Shown piece after piece: positions 1-15,039 of a stretch of 64,000 nucleotides of DNA; within the stretch, counting starts at the first letter, position 1; every line of letters starts with the position of its first letter. A model generated the notes under the pieces. It saw nothing but the letters and a program-made list of their open reading frames with translations, was not told the DNA's origin and made no database searches. A program made the translations under genes and the position numbers. Source of the stretch: Octopus vulgaris (taxonomy: Eukaryota); the NCBI GenBank assembly GCA_951406725.2, contig OX597833.1, forward strand, positions 70,370,001-70,434,000, read 5' to 3'.

Positions 1-2
1 AC

Positions 3-359
3 AGCAGTCTGTCGTCTACGATAACTTGGGAAAATGAGATAATGGCCACCGGTGCCAAAGCGGAGAGAAGAAGATCAAAGCCGTATACATTTTGCTGTAG
101 AGCTTCGGGAGATTGTTCTTGTAACGGGAAAAATCCCAGCGATCAGACGATGGAATTGCATTCGCCGTTAATTGCGAAAACGATGGAGTTATATCAGCAC
201 GACATTTGCGAAAGTCCTGCTGTTTCAAAAGGGCAGAATTCCCATGTTATACGAGCTGATAATGAATTTGAGGAGTCGATAGTGTCTCCCGTAACTGAAG
301 ATTTTTTCATTTATGACGAACTCGATTCAGAATTTAACCAAAAGTTCACTTTCTTCTAG
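3..359 (+). CDS. Possible 3' terminal coding exon of an unidentified gene, open at the left window edge
   Basis: Frame is open from position 3 to TAG at 357-359 (SSLSSTITWENEIMATG...DELDSEFNQKFTFF*). The sequence is non-repetitive and more GC-rich than its flanks. No domain recognised. Confidence 0.4.
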   Translation, partial: SSLSSTITWENEIMATGAKAERRRSKPYTFCCRASGDCSCNGKNPSDQTMELHSPLIAKTMELYQHDICESPAVSKGQNSHVIRADNEFEESIVSPVTEDFFIYDELDSEFNQKFTFF

Positions 360-473
360 AACCATCCTAATTAGATTCCTTCCCCCATTTTCTTTCATAC
401 AGATGTGTCTAAATTTTTTCTCCATTAAACTGAACTATTATACATATTTACACAAAAACACATACAAATACGC

Positions 474-532
<59 letters not shown>

Positions 533-1183
533 TGTGTGTGTCTGTGTGTGTGTAAACACGTGGTGTATAAAATGTTATTAGTCCAATCGAAATTTATCAA
601 AGTTACATGAAGATCAAAATATAAAGAATTCTCCATTGATTTCGTGTTATGGATTTCGGATATCTTTTAAGGTGGTATATGGTGCCCTCTGCGGAGAGGC
701 GTGCGGCGACTTTGAGTGCAACACAATACCCTTACAAACCCCTTAAAACGGGAATGCATTAGCCAAAAGTGTTGCAGTACTTTGACTTCTCCTTTCTGCT
801 TCCAGCGTTCAAATCTTGAAAAAATCAATTTCATCTTCCACGAATGTGTTTCATTGAATATTGACAAATCTGTCGTAATCTTAAAAAAAAAAAATATCTT
901 GGTTTTGGTTTTGTTTTGTTTTTGGTTTTATTTTTTTACTTGTTTCAGTCATTAGACCGTGGACATGCTGGAGCACCGACTTGAAGAATTTTTAGGCGAA
1001 GGAATTTTGAGGTTTGACACATTCTATCGAATGTTTTTACTGAACCGCTAGGATACAAGGAAGTAAGCAAACCAATACCGGTTGTCAAACGGTGGTGGGA
1101 ACAAACAAATACAAAGACGAACACACACATATACATACATACTTACTTAGATATATATGTCTGTATATATACATATATATCTA

Positions 1184-1216
<33 letters not shown>

Positions 1217-1229
1217 GTATGTATATATA

Positions 1230-1264
<35 letters not shown>

Positions 1265-1279
1265 GTACACGCGCATATA

Positions 1280-1328
<49 letters not shown>

Positions 1329-1626
1329 CTTTTCACAGGAAGGAAAGTTTCTTGTCGAAGATACGTCTTGCTTTCACCTTCGAAACGTAGAGTAGATGAA
1401 ACGATAGCGACTGAAGAAGGGGTTTTTTCTTTCTGTTAATTGTCCTGTACTCTATTTTGTTGTTTTTAAAAAAAATGTCCAGTTCCTTTGGTTTGTGTCT
1501 ATGTTTTCGTTTCTCTTTGTGATCGACGTCTTTTTGGTGTCATGTACTCATATATGCGTGTATATGTACATGTAGAGGTAGGTACGTACATATATGTTTA
1601 TATATATGCATATGTTTTATTTATTA

Positions 1627-1756
<130 letters not shown>

Positions 1757-1846
1757 TGCGCGCAGCTTTTCATCCGTCTTTACATTCTGAGTTCAAATTC
1801 CAGTGAGGCCGAATTTGCGTTCCATCATTTCGCGATCGACTATTGG

Positions 1847-2021
1847 AGTAGATATGCTTAGAGGCATCGCCATTTGTGATATACATACGCTTGATGGATG
1901 AGGAGATGATCAGCGTAGATTTGCGTTCCATCCTTTCGCGATTCGATTATATAAGTGTCAGTCGAGCATTGCGGGTCGATAAAATAGACAAAGCCCTCTC
2001 CAAAAATGCCAGGTATTACTA

Positions 2022-2063
<42 letters not shown>

Positions 2064-2368
2064 TTACTACTACTACTACTACTACTGGTGCTGCTGCCAC
2101 TGCTGCCTTGCAATGAAATACTTCATTTTGTTTCGACGTTATAGCATATATCTCAGTGAAAAATTGCATCTGATAATTTACAACTCTGGTTGTTTTCTTT
2201 AAAAACATCGACTATTTTCTCTCCCAAAGATAAAATCTTAACTAATACTTACTTGTCTCGCCGATAACCTTCCCCACTTTAACACGATGCGGTAAAATCT
2301 ACGCTGATTATCTCCTCATCCATCATGCGCATGCGTCACAAATGGCGATGCCTCTTAGCATATCTACT
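1847..2368. repeat. About 75-bp inverted repeats enclosing about 370 bp
   Basis: 1847-1922 is an imperfect reverse complement of 2295-2368. Confidence 0.65.
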
Positions 2369-3387
2369 ATAAGTTCACTTTGCCTAAAAGATTCTTTTGT
2401 ATTAAAATGTCATTTAAAATTGATTTATTTGGCTACTTCGAGTATTTTACTGATGCAAAAGGAAAATTACAATGAAAAGAAATCAGTACATTTACGAGTG
2501 GATGTTGTCATTTAAAATGCACAATGTTCATTTGCCCAGTCGTTGATGTAGCGCCACCTGAACGCGCGCACACACTCATCAAGTTAATACTTAAGCAGTT
2601 AACGACGGGATTTGAACTCAGAACGCAAGGAGCATCCCCCATCGCCTACACCCACCCGACAATACCGCAAGACACATCAAGTCCGACGTCTTTACAGTTT
2701 CGTCAGTCAAACGCCTGGGATTCGTACATTTTTTTACCGTCTCCGAAAAAAGATGAAAGCTGAAAAGCAAAGCTGACCCCGGTGGTTTACGAACACAGAT
2801 TGCAGAAGGTTCCAACAGATACGACTTCACCACTTCGCCACATGTTTGTATGTATCACAAAGATCTAAGCTGTATTTGTTTTTCTCGTTGTGTTTTCTGC
2901 TTGGCCTGGCGCTACGTTGAAGTTTCATGGCGGTTCACGATCAGCCATTCTGACAAAGATCTCGTTCAAAGCGGAGACTGTCGTTTGTTCATCAGACGTC
3001 TCCAAGTTGTCTATTATATTAAATACAACCATTATTATTTTAAAACAAGATCAAGCTTCCATTTAGAATCAGCTTTATATTAACACAGCTCCTATCGTTT
3101 GACTTAGGAACGAAGCAGACGATAGACAAATGGTTTCCCAATCACAAACTCTTTTCAACGTCATCCATTATGAACAGCAAACAAATGAAGTTCTTTGTGA
3201 TTATTTATTTATTCATTTACTTCTTCAATGCTGTTGCTGTTGTTGTTGTTGTTGTTGTTCCTGTTTATTCTGGCGTTTTTCTACAAGTTTTTTCCTCATA
3301 TTCTTCTCAATCACATTCTTCTTAAGTTTCATAGTTTCAGATAGATAGAGGCGGATTTTTACTTGAGTGTATAAATAAATAAATATA

Positions 3388-3478
<91 letters not shown>

Positions 3479-3557
3479 CCTACACACATATATCATTGTA
3501 CATACATCCGGATACATATATAAATACATACATATGCAAGTGTATGTATGTGTGTAT

Positions 3558-3636
<79 letters not shown>

Positions 3637-3763
3637 AGAGAGAGGAGAAGAGGGAGGGGAAGGGAGGAGGAAAGGAGGGACAGAGAAAGTAGTATTTGTG
3701 TAACAGGTGATTTTGATTTGAGATCTTATGCTGGTAAGTTAATAGCTTCTGTGTCTTTGAATG

Positions 3764-3805
<42 letters not shown>

Positions 3806-3955
3806 GATACATGCATGCTTACATAGTTACGTAATACACACTCGGATATATGTATGTTATAAATGTCTGTTTTGTGTGAAGTTATTATATAAAAACAGTT
3901 CAAGATTAAACTGAGGGATTGGTCAATACTTTGTCGGAGAGTGACTATCATTACG

Positions 3956-3995
<40 letters not shown>

Positions 3996-4663
3996 TGTGT
4001 GTGTGTGTGTGCGTGTGTATACGTGTATGTATTTTTGTAAGCGTGTTGTGGCACTCCGTCGGTTACGACGACGAGGGTTCCAGTAGATGCGATCAACGGA
4101 ACAGCCTGTTCGTGAAATTAACGTGCAAGTGGTTGAGCACTCCACAGACACGTGTACCCTTAATGTAGTTCTCGGGGAGATTCAGCGTGACACAGAGTGT
4201 GACAAGGCCGGCCCTTTGAAATACCGGTACAAGGGAAAAAGGAAGAAAGAGTGAGAGAAAGTTGTGGTGAAAGAGTACAGCAGGGTTCGCCACCCCCCGA
4301 CCCCCTGCCGGAGCCTCGTGGAGCTTTTAGGTGTTTTCGCTCAATAAACTCTCACAACGCCCGGTATGGGAATCGAAACCGCGATCCTACGACCGCGAGT
4401 CCACTGCCCTAACCACTGAGCCATTGCGCCTCCATTGTATGCATGTATGAATGCAATGTATGCATAAAATTGAGAACCAAGGGAAGATAATTAGCCGCAC
4501 AAACGCCAACGAAAGAAGAGTCGGCGCTGATGGTCGACCGACGCACAAACACATGACACCAAATACAAGAACACACACGCGGACAAATGCAAAACGTACA
4601 CGCGTACACACAAGCTCGTAATCACACATACAATATTTCACACACGCAGTCATACACACAAAC

Positions 4664-4763
4664 AGCCACGTAAAGCACACACCTCACGCCACGTAAAGCG
4701 AACATCTCACGCTACGTAAAGCGCACACCTCACACTACGTAAAGTGCACACCTCACGCTACGT
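4664..4763 (+). repeat. Minisatellite, about 23-bp unit x4
   Basis: Repeated gcYacgtaaagcRcacacctcac-like unit. Confidence 0.7.
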
Positions 4764-6735
4764 ACATTTATGCATTTGACCTACAAGTATATTTTTTTCT
4801 ACTCTATGCACAAGGCCCGACAGTTTTGGGGGCGGGGTCCAGTCGATTAGATCGACCCCAGTACGCAACTGGTACTGAATTTATCGATCTTGAAAGTATC
4901 AAAGGCCAAGTCGACCTCGGCGGAATTTGAACTCAGAACGTAAAGACGGGTAAAATACCTATTACTTTACTACCCACAAGGGTCTAAACATAGAGGAGAC
5001 AAACAAGAACAGACATAGGTATTAAGTCTATTACATCGACCCCAGTGCGTAACTGGTACTTAATTTATCGACCCCAAAAAGATGAAAGGCCAAGTCGACC
5101 TCGGCGGAATTTGAACTCAGAACGTAAAGACCGGTGAAATACCGCCAAGCATTTCGCCCTGCGTGCTAACGTCTCTACCACAGCTCGCCGCCTTGACCTA
5201 CAAGTATAATATACACATGCATAGACAGTTGTTCACATACCGTCGCACAGAGTCGATCGCTCGATCATTGACAGACACGCATGAAGGCACATACATACAC
5301 GCACTAAGCCACTTGGTGGTAAATGGATGTGCTATTAAATTAGTACCCAATTTTCTCACCCTTATCGGTTGATTGTAATTATATATATATGTATATATGG
5401 GGTGTTTTGGCGGGCAATTTAACTGGCCGTGTGCATACGTACATATGTATGTATGTATGAACGTTCGTATATGTAAGTATATCGTTTGTTCTGCATATAT
5501 ATATCTGTATTTATGTACTCTTGATATATTCAACCGATGACGGTAGAGCTTATTTAAAGCAAAACCAGAAATCCTGGATAATTCAATAACTTTTGCTTGT
5601 CTATTTCGTCTCTCATGCTATTTCGGCATGGTGGTGTCTCTCAGACACCCTCATTTTTTAATTGTAAAAATTATTACCTTTGTACGGTATTTTTTCCCAT
5701 GCTGGCCACTTGATAATATCGATATTTAAATATCGATATTATCCTCATTTATAAATATATATATATATATATATATATACACGCATGCACACACATACAT
5801 ATATACATACATATATTTTTTCTGAATGGGACGTCCAGCTAACCGGACGTTATTCCTCTCGCCTCTAGATATCTTGTTTCTCGTCTGTTTATTCTATATC
5901 CTTTCAAAATTTCTCCCAGGCGTTACCCATTACAATTCGTCTTGGCCTAACGGCCCTAAACGTCTGTCGTTCGTTACCGTACGTCCACCCTGGTGTCGTT
6001 CGTTCGTTTGAAGCCCTAACTCTCCACAAATTTTATATTTCTAAACTTTCTAGATGCTGCTGACTTATGAAGTTTTCCTATCTCGTTAAAAGCACGAATT
6101 AAATAAAGGTGGCGTGTGTAGAAATGAAGCCTTACGGCAGGGATACAAGATTTCACAGGCACACGGAGGAATATCGATGTTGCACGGACAACTGCCAGCC
6201 CAAGAAAAAAAGAACAGGCTTGGCCGAACGCCGGTCACGTGGGAAGAGAAGAAAGAGAGGCAGAGGCAGAGGCAGAGGGACAGAAGAATTAAGGAGGGGG
6301 CCAGCTTAATTTAATTCGTTCTTAGTCGAAAGACACCTGTTATGTCCTGTTATTATTTTTATTGTATTTATGTAAATTGTCTGTTTTTTTCCGTCCTTGT
6401 TTTTGTATACATTCACTGCTTTCTTCCAAGGAATCTAATGCTCTTAGCTTAGTTCTTCCTTGGAGCTGGCCAAATTGGAGCAATCTCGAGTATTATCAGC
6501 CGAAATTGCGAAGATAATCTGGTATTCGACTGACGAAAGAAAACTTCGAATGACCCGTCCTTGTTTTCTTTGTATCGTCAAGACTATCGAAAAAGTTGCA
6601 AGATGCAACGAAAATTTTAGGAATATAGAAATAAGAAATAAGTGGAAATTTTACCGGTGAGTGTGTTACGTTATAAGGTACAAAAAGAAAATGACTCTCC
6701 CTAGACACAACAGAATATGTATATATATATTAAAG

Positions 6736-7055
6736 ACTCCGCCGGTTACGACGACGAGGGTCCCAGCTGATACGATCAACGGAACAGCTTGCTCGTGAAA
6801 TTAACGTGCAAATGGCTGAGCATTCCACAGACACGTGTACCCTTAACGTAGTTCTCGGGGATAATCAGCGTGACACAGAGAGTGACAAGGCCGGCCCTTT
6901 GAAATACAAGTACAACTCATTTTTGCCAGCTGAGTGGACTGGAGCAACGTGAAATAAAGTGTCTTGCTCAAGGACACAACGCGTCGCCGGGAATCGAACT
7001 CACAACCTTACGATCATGAGCCGAATGCCTTAACCACTAAGCCACGCGCCCTCAC
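6736..7055 (-). mobile_element. tRNA-derived SINE family D (copies also 11713-12036, 29557-29840, 31300-31587, 47472-47755, 42592-42740 +)
   Basis: Head GGCGCGTGGCTTAGTGGTTA...GAGTTCGATTCCC and central tgtgtccttgagcaagacac box; some copies share their 3' half with family C. Confidence 0.8.
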
Positions 7056-7384
7056 TACATATATATATATATATATCACCCGACAGTAAATCAAAATTCC
7101 ATAAATACTTGATATTGAATTTTATTTATTCATCCAATTATGAATGTTTAATAATTGAATGCTGTGAGTTAAAAATCACTACTTTTTTCTGTTGGTTTTT
7201 TTTTTAACATTTGTCTATATATTTGAGAAATTTCATATAAAAGAATTTTTTATTTTAATTTTGGAATTAAATATAAATAAGAGGAGAGACTACTAAGTGG
7301 ACCCTGGAATGCTAAAAATAGACGTCATACTGTCCTATCACGAAAAACATGATCTCAAAATGGTCTAGATTTACTGTCAGATAG

Positions 7385-7490
<106 letters not shown>

Positions 7491-7505
7491 AATATATATA
7501 TACAA

Positions 7506-7663
7506 TTATCGAGTTAGAAAGCATAGAGATCTAATGGATATAAATTAATTTATTAATTAACCAACATTTTTACATATTCACATATCTGTTACTTAATGAA
7601 GATATGTTGATTAATTAATAAATTAATTTGTATCCATTAGATCTCGGTTCTCTAACTCGATAT
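7506..7663. repeat. AT-rich palindrome
   Basis: gagatctaatggatataaattaatttattaattaa pairs with ttaattaataaattaatttgtatccattagatctc. Confidence 0.7.
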
Positions 7664-8185
7664 TATGTAGACGCAAGAGTGGCTGTGTAGTAAGAAGGTT
7701 GCTACCCAACCACATGGTTCCGAGTTCAGTCCCACTGCGTGGCACCTTGGGTAAATGTCTTCTTGTGGTTCGAAAAAACAGACCGATAGAAGAAGTACTA
7801 GGCTTACAAAGAATAAGTCGATTTATTCGACTAAAGGTGGTGCTCCAGCATGGTCGCAGTCAATCGACTGACACAAAAGAGTAAAAGAGTATATATAATG
7901 CTATATGTAATATAATATAGCATATATATTTATATATATAATGTTTGATATTTTATGATGTTCTATATAATATATTTATTGAAGAACTATCCCTATAAGA
8001 GGTTTGAATATCCTTATTGTCTCACACACACACATACATATATACATATATATATATTTTTTATATATATTATCCGAAGTGTGCAATATTGTATATCCAT
8101 CACACCTAATCTTACCAATCGGTTTAGCGCTATATATACATACACATACATACATACGTATATATATAATAATATAATATATACG

Positions 8186-8286
<101 letters not shown>

Positions 8287-8291
8287 GTGTA

Positions 8292-8323
<32 letters not shown>

Positions 8324-8530
8324 CCGGAGTAAACACATAAATGTGAAACAAGGTGGGAAAAAGAGTACTCAAATACCAGTGGTAGAGTAATATGCTTTAT
8401 TTAAAGCAGCAGAAAATTCAACAAAATCTGTTACTCTGAGTTTCTCGTTGCCATTCATCAGACACTGATGAACGGCAACGAGAAACTCAGAGTAACAGAT
8501 TTTGTTGAATTTTCTGCTGCTTTAAATAAA

Positions 8531-8531
<1 letters not shown>
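8324..8531. mobile_element. Penelope-like fragment in (TA)n with terminal inversion and a hammerhead core in both arms
   Basis: Arms about 8395-8460 and 8466-8531 around a 5-nt loop; CTGATGA-aCG(GCAA)CGa-GAAA-CTCAGAG-TA. Confidence 0.65.
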
Positions 8532-8591
<60 letters not shown>

Positions 8592-9116
8592 AATAAAAAT
8601 GTGAATTACAAGAAGGGACAAACACGGAAAACAGACAAGTCATTCGAAGCCTTCAATCTTCAGTCAGAAACCGAATCATCATGGCAAATTTCGGCTGTTT
8701 AATTCTGATATTTGCTCCAACTCGGCCAGCCCCAAGAAAAAACTAAGCTGTGAGCATTAGATTTCTTGGTAGAAGGAAACAATGTAAACGCAACAGAGAC
8801 GAATATAAATACAAAAAACGAAAACAAAATTGAAAACAATAATGGTTAAAAACAGGATAACAGCGGGTGTCTTACGACTTTAGACAAAAGGAGACATAAT
8901 ATATATATATGTATATATATACTTATGTATGTATATATATGTATATGTATATATACATATATACATATATGTATGTATGTATACATATCTATACTATATA
9001 CATGTATGTATGTATCGGTATGTCGGATCATTTTCATCCCCGTTACCGCATGTAAGCACCAGGATATAAAATATGTCACACGGTCACTAGGTAGGAGGTG
9101 TGTGCTCGAGTGGAAG

Positions 9117-9159
<43 letters not shown>

Positions 9160-9496
9160 ACATGTATGTATGTATGTATGTATGTTCGTACGTATGTGTG
9201 TGTGTGTGTGTAGATATAATACACACACATATATATATTACATTCAAACAGATAAGGCCCAGCCTGCAGTTTGGTTTCAGTTAACCTAAATAAGATCTGG
9301 GCGTGTGCTGTAATGTGTTTTTATGTAGGTAAAGAATGCCATAGCAGTCCATCAATGTTTGTTTTTCTTTCGAAACATTTCAGCTCATCAGAAGCATTCG
9401 TTCCAGCCGCAGCGTTGAACTCGTTCAATATGAAACACCACGGTTTTATATACACAGAAACAAGGAAACACACACACACACAATTATGTGTGCGTG

Positions 9497-9613
<117 letters not shown>

Positions 9614-9615
9614 CG

Positions 9616-9646
<31 letters not shown>

Positions 9647-9647
9647 G

Positions 9648-9722
<75 letters not shown>

Positions 9723-9826
9723 TACATATAAGTACATGCTTATACATAAACATATATATATATTTATATTTAAACACAAATATATACACAGATAAAAATC
9801 CATATATATATATATATATATATTCC

Positions 9827-9865
<39 letters not shown>

Positions 9866-9989
9866 AAATTTAGAGGAATGACCACTAATAGTGGAAGAAT
9901 GTGTTCTCATGAAAAAATTCAGCAAAAAAAAAAACAAAGTGTAAAAATAAGCAAGACAAATGAAAATATACGAAATAAAAAACGATTAC

Positions 9990-10064
9990 CTATGTACTAA
10001 TTAGTTTCACTTGTTAATATTTACGTATATGGATACGTAAACATCTGAAAGATCGTCAGCATAG
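9990..10064 (-). ncRNA. Type-I hammerhead ribozyme with extended stem II
   Basis: CTATG-CTGACGA-(hairpin TTTACGTAT/ATACGTAAA)-GAAA-CTAATTAG-TA-CATAG. Confidence 0.72.
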
Positions 10065-10167
10065 TCTGTCGTTTACGAAACACAATTTCTCGAACTAGAT
10101 ACAGGGCGCTCGACCGAAATCCAGCATGTATAAAACCCCACAAATTATATTTTATATATATATATTA

Positions 10168-10498
10168 AGGGAGAAAGGGCGAAAACGACCTATGTCCAGT
10201 ATGCTTGAAGTGCCGATACCTTCAAAAACTACCAAAGATATACACATGGCTGAAAGCGGGCCAGTGAAAGAAAATTAAAAGGACCTCACGTTAATTATGA
10301 ATTGGTTCCAATTTCTGGATTAATTCACAATTAAATGTTAATTGAGCCTATTCATAATTAACGTGAGGTCTTTTTAATTTCTTTTCACTAACCCGCTTTC
10401 AGCCATGTGTATATTTATCTGGAGCTTTTAGTAGTTTTTTTAATGTATCGGCACTTCAACATACTGGAGACAGGTCGTTTCCACCTTTGCTCCCCTAA
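10168..10498. repeat. Imperfect 330-bp palindrome (foldback/MITE-like) in (TA)n
   Basis: Arms pair along their length, e.g. cacatggctgaaagcggg/cccgctttcagccatgtg and gacctcacgttaattatgaat/attcataattaacgtgaggtc. Confidence 0.75.
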
Positions 10499-10500
10499 TG

Positions 10501-10599
<99 letters not shown>

Positions 10600-10710
10600 A
10601 TGTACATTATTATTAATTTAATGTATAAATTGCTTATAAATGTCTATAGCGTACTGTCTAGTTGATAAAAACCATTACTGAGTTTTATCCTTATATTCTA
10701 TTAACAATTA

Positions 10711-10752
<42 letters not shown>

Positions 10753-12271
10753 TGCGAGTGGTATTTGAAGACATTTCGTTTTTAGTTCATTACAATTTCA
10801 TATTGTAATAATTTTTTTTTTTCAGATCGCCCCTTCAAAATATGCTAACTCAAGGAATGAAAAGACATGCAGTCCTAGTTGCTATCCACAGTGAAATGGA
10901 TATTAGCAACTTTCTAAATGTTGCAACATCATTTGTACAAAATGTTCGATTGGAATTGGGGAAAAGAAACATTCACAACGCTCAGAATTATGGTTAATTC
11001 TGTCTCTGGTTTGTCTGGTCACTAGGACAGTCCTCCCCATGGAAAGCCGATACCTACTTTCAACACTAATATCAAATAGGTCCTCCTTCCTTGTGGACCC
11101 GTCTCAGCGCTTCTCGTTGATGATTGTGTCTCACTGGTGGAGCACGAGCGATATTTCCTGTCAAAATGTGGAACCTATGAAGACACCTTTCTCCCTTTCA
11201 TCGAAATCATTACGAAAAGCAACCATTTCCTATTACTGAATAGCAAAGATGTTTTCTTCTGTGTACGATGTGATTTATCTTACCAAGATCAAGGGCACCG
11301 GGATTTATGCATGTTCAAAACATTGTCGATGAAAACCTCAGAAGATCAATGAGGTCCGTTGCTAAAGAACTTGGGGGTGTCAGAAAGTACTATCAGAACT
11401 GTGGTAAATCTTGACATTCGATGCAATTACTATGTAATGAGGAAAGCCCAATTAGGTACAAATATTAAACGCACCTCATGAAACAAGTGTAGAAGAGAAA
11501 TTTAGAAATGATTAGTAAGTATTAAAATAAAATTCTATGATATGGTGTGATGTATATTAGGATTTGATGAATTGCATGGGGGCTTCTATCTCTAAATAAC
11601 ATATATTTCCTTATCGAGAATAATTCCTTTTAATTGAATCCTTGTGACGCCGGAATTTTTATTCCCTAATAAATAAAATAATCTATATATATACATATAT
11701 GCATAAAAGGAGTACTCCGTCGGTTACGACGACGAGGGTCACAGTTGAATCCGATCAACGGAACAGCTTGCTCGTGAAATTAACGTGCAAGTGGCTGAGC
11801 AATCCACAGACACGTGTACCCTTAATGTAGTTCTCAAGGAGATTCAGCGTGACACAAAGTGTGACAAGGCCGGCCCTTTGAAATACAAGTAGGACTCATT
11901 TTTGCCAGCTGAGTGGACTGGAGCAATAAAGTGAAATAAAGTGTCTTGCTCAAGGACACCGCGCGTCGCCGGGAATTGAACTCACGACCTTACGATCGTA
12001 AGCTGAATGCCTTAACCACTAAGCCACGGGCCTTCACACACACACACACACACACATGCATATATATACATACGTGAGATGGATATCATATGTATGAAAC
12101 AGTATGTATTTATGCAAGCATTTGTATACACATATATGCACAAATATATGTATGTATGTACGTGTATATATATGTGTACATATATATACGTGTATATATA
12201 TATTCGTTTATATACTGCATATACAAATATGAATACATGAATGTATATATACATAAGAAATACATTTGAAT

Positions 12272-12331
<60 letters not shown>

Positions 12332-12394
12332 TTGCTTGTATATATAAATAAATATAAATATATGTATATATATATATGTATGTATATATATATG

Positions 12395-12429
<35 letters not shown>

Positions 12430-12482
12430 TTTCTTGTATATATAAATAAATATATATATATGTATGTATATATATATATATA

Positions 12483-12600
<118 letters not shown>

Positions 12601-13182
12601 TATATATATATGTATGCATGTATGTATGTATGTATGTATGTATGTATGTATTATTGCTGTTGTTGATGTTGTTGTTGTTATCGAAGACGAAGCATCTTTT
12701 CTTCCAGTTTCATTAGTCAGATGACTAATCTTCAACGCAGGGAGGTAAGAAATGCCTAAGTGAGAACCAAAAAAGCAAAAACACCAAATAAATGCATTAT
12801 AAAAATATATATAAAAACCTCTAAAAACGAAACAAGGTCTCACATTAATTCCTGAGATAGTTCTTTCTTTGCTTCTTGCATTATGTTTCAACATTTGAGT
12901 AGGAACCCAGGCGTAAAAGAAAGCCATGGAAATGCTAATGTACAGGCTTTGTCCGATGCACTTTTATTTTCACTAACTTCTAGTCCTATTTATCTATCTT
13001 TTATATATATATATATATTACGCGCTTCTATTTACTATCTGTCTTATTTTATATCACACAACACCGAAATATCAAGCTAACAACTAACAATGGCAGCGAG
13101 AAGCAGCACAAGAACTGAGGAAGAAATGAAACAAAACACATTGTAGTCAGCCAGTATGTCTAACACAAACACATGTATATAC

Positions 13183-13225
<43 letters not shown>

Positions 13226-13421
13226 AAATAAGAAAATGGAGAAATACATCGAAATCAAATATCAATATCAATTACCAGATAATACTCAATCACATACTTT
13301 ATTAAACCACCACATAAGAAACTATAAGGTTAAACATAAAAAAGTAGAACAAAACAGTATGAGGGTTGCATTTACAACCCCTATCTCAATTTGTATATAT
13401 ATATATATATATATTTATTTA

Positions 13422-13469
<48 letters not shown>

Positions 13470-13845
13470 TACAAAGTGAGATAGGGGTTATTTGGATGTT
13501 CCTATTTAAGTAGTTAATAAATAATATGAATTGGTATTATCTGTAAGTCGATGATTGAAAGGAATCTGTTCCTCCATTTTCTTATTTGTATATATATATA
13601 TATATATTCTTCATTAGGGAATAAAAATTCCGGCATCACAGGGGTTCAAATAAAATGAATTATTCTCAATGAAGAAATATATGTTATTTAGAAATGAGTA
13701 GTAAGTACTAAGATTAAATTCTTTTATATGGTGAGATGATGGGGACTGCTATCTCTAAATAACACACACACACATATATATATATATATATCGGAGTGTT
13801 AGCTCCTATTTCTAGCAAGTGGTATTCTGATACCTTAGTTAATTT

Positions 13846-13930
<85 letters not shown>

Positions 13931-14000
13931 AATATATAATGTAGATTTTTGATGTGGTAAATGAAAGATGGAAAATGGAATATACGAGAATTTATTATTA

Positions 14001-14106
14001 ATCACGACAATTGTTTCGAAACATCTATCGTCGATTCCTCACGGTTGGGACACTTAACAACTGGTTCAGGAGCATCCGGTGGTGCAGATGTATCTCATCG
14101 GGTGAT
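14001..14106 (-). ncRNA. Hammerhead-like motif with variant core
   Basis: ATCAC-CCGATGA-long stem II (ACATCT/AGATGT)-GAAA-CAATTG-TC-GTGAT; U4-to-C variant core. Confidence 0.5.
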
Positions 14107-14339
14107 AAATAAATGCAACTCTTTAAAATAATAATTTCGCAATGTTATCTTCTTATTTCACAGAAAGAAAAATAGCAAAACAAAGGAAATATCTTCACTT
14201 ACGTGGAAAATCAAAAATAAAATCGCAGATACAAAAAAGAACGAACACACAACAACACAGCGAGAAAATATCACTGCGAAAGGCACTGTGCTTTACCAGT
14301 AAGCTACCAGGTGTAAACCATTCGTTTTATCATCCACTG

Positions 14340-14380
<41 letters not shown>

Positions 14381-14397
<17 letters not shown>

Positions 14398-14594
14398 ATC
14401 CAAACAAGAAAACACAAAAAAACACAACACGAGGACGTGGAACAAATATAGTATTATTGGACGCTCAGGAAAGAAGGAAAGAAGGAGGGTTTAACGTTTC
14501 GAGCGGAGCTCTTCGTCAGAAACATAGGAGAAGGAAAGATCTAGAGAAGGGAAGACAGAGGAAAAAAATCGCCAACGGTACACACGAGGTCACA
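14381..14594 (-). mobile_element. About 200-bp (TA)n-associated repeat family with minimal hammerhead core (copies also 32518-32709 + and 60377-60571 -)
   Basis: Three similar copies; CTGACGA-A-GAGC(TCC)GCTC-GAAACGTT. Confidence 0.7.
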
Positions 14595-14996
14595 TATATA
14601 TTATACGAATGATGTAAATGAGTGATGAACACTGCATTCCCGGTAGATAAAATTTCTTTATTTGTGAGCTAAGGCTACCATAGTTTGATGTTAAGAAAGA
14701 GAGGAAAATATCTTAATACTTTAACAATTTTTCAAGCTGATCACATGGACGAATGTTCTTCGTCTCCATTTTGGATAAACACAAAGCCTCCCTTTGAGGC
14801 GCCCATTATTAAAATAACACTAAATACACCAAATAAGGCGGTGAAAGTCGCCCCAGAGGTGATCGAGACGGATTGATATCGATATTTTGCTGTATTTGCA
14901 GCACGTCGGCATCGTGCACTCGAATTATTTGGGAAAGAAATATATATATACCTCAGACGAGCGACTGAGATTCAGTGTGAGGCGACTCGAGTACAT

Positions 14997-15039
14997 GATT
15001 CTGACGAGCTGAAAATACAGCGAAATATCGATATCAATC
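14997..15039 (+). ncRNA. Compact type-I hammerhead ribozyme
   Basis: GATT-CTGACGA-GCTG(AAAATA)CAGC-GAAA-TATCGATA-TC-AATC: all three stems pair, AUC triplet. A diverged inverted copy lies at about 14871-14913. Confidence 0.8.

Noticed and set aside
10800-11460. Possible Tc1/mariner transposase remnants
   Set aside because: Only faint similarity with many stops; cannot be supported without a search.
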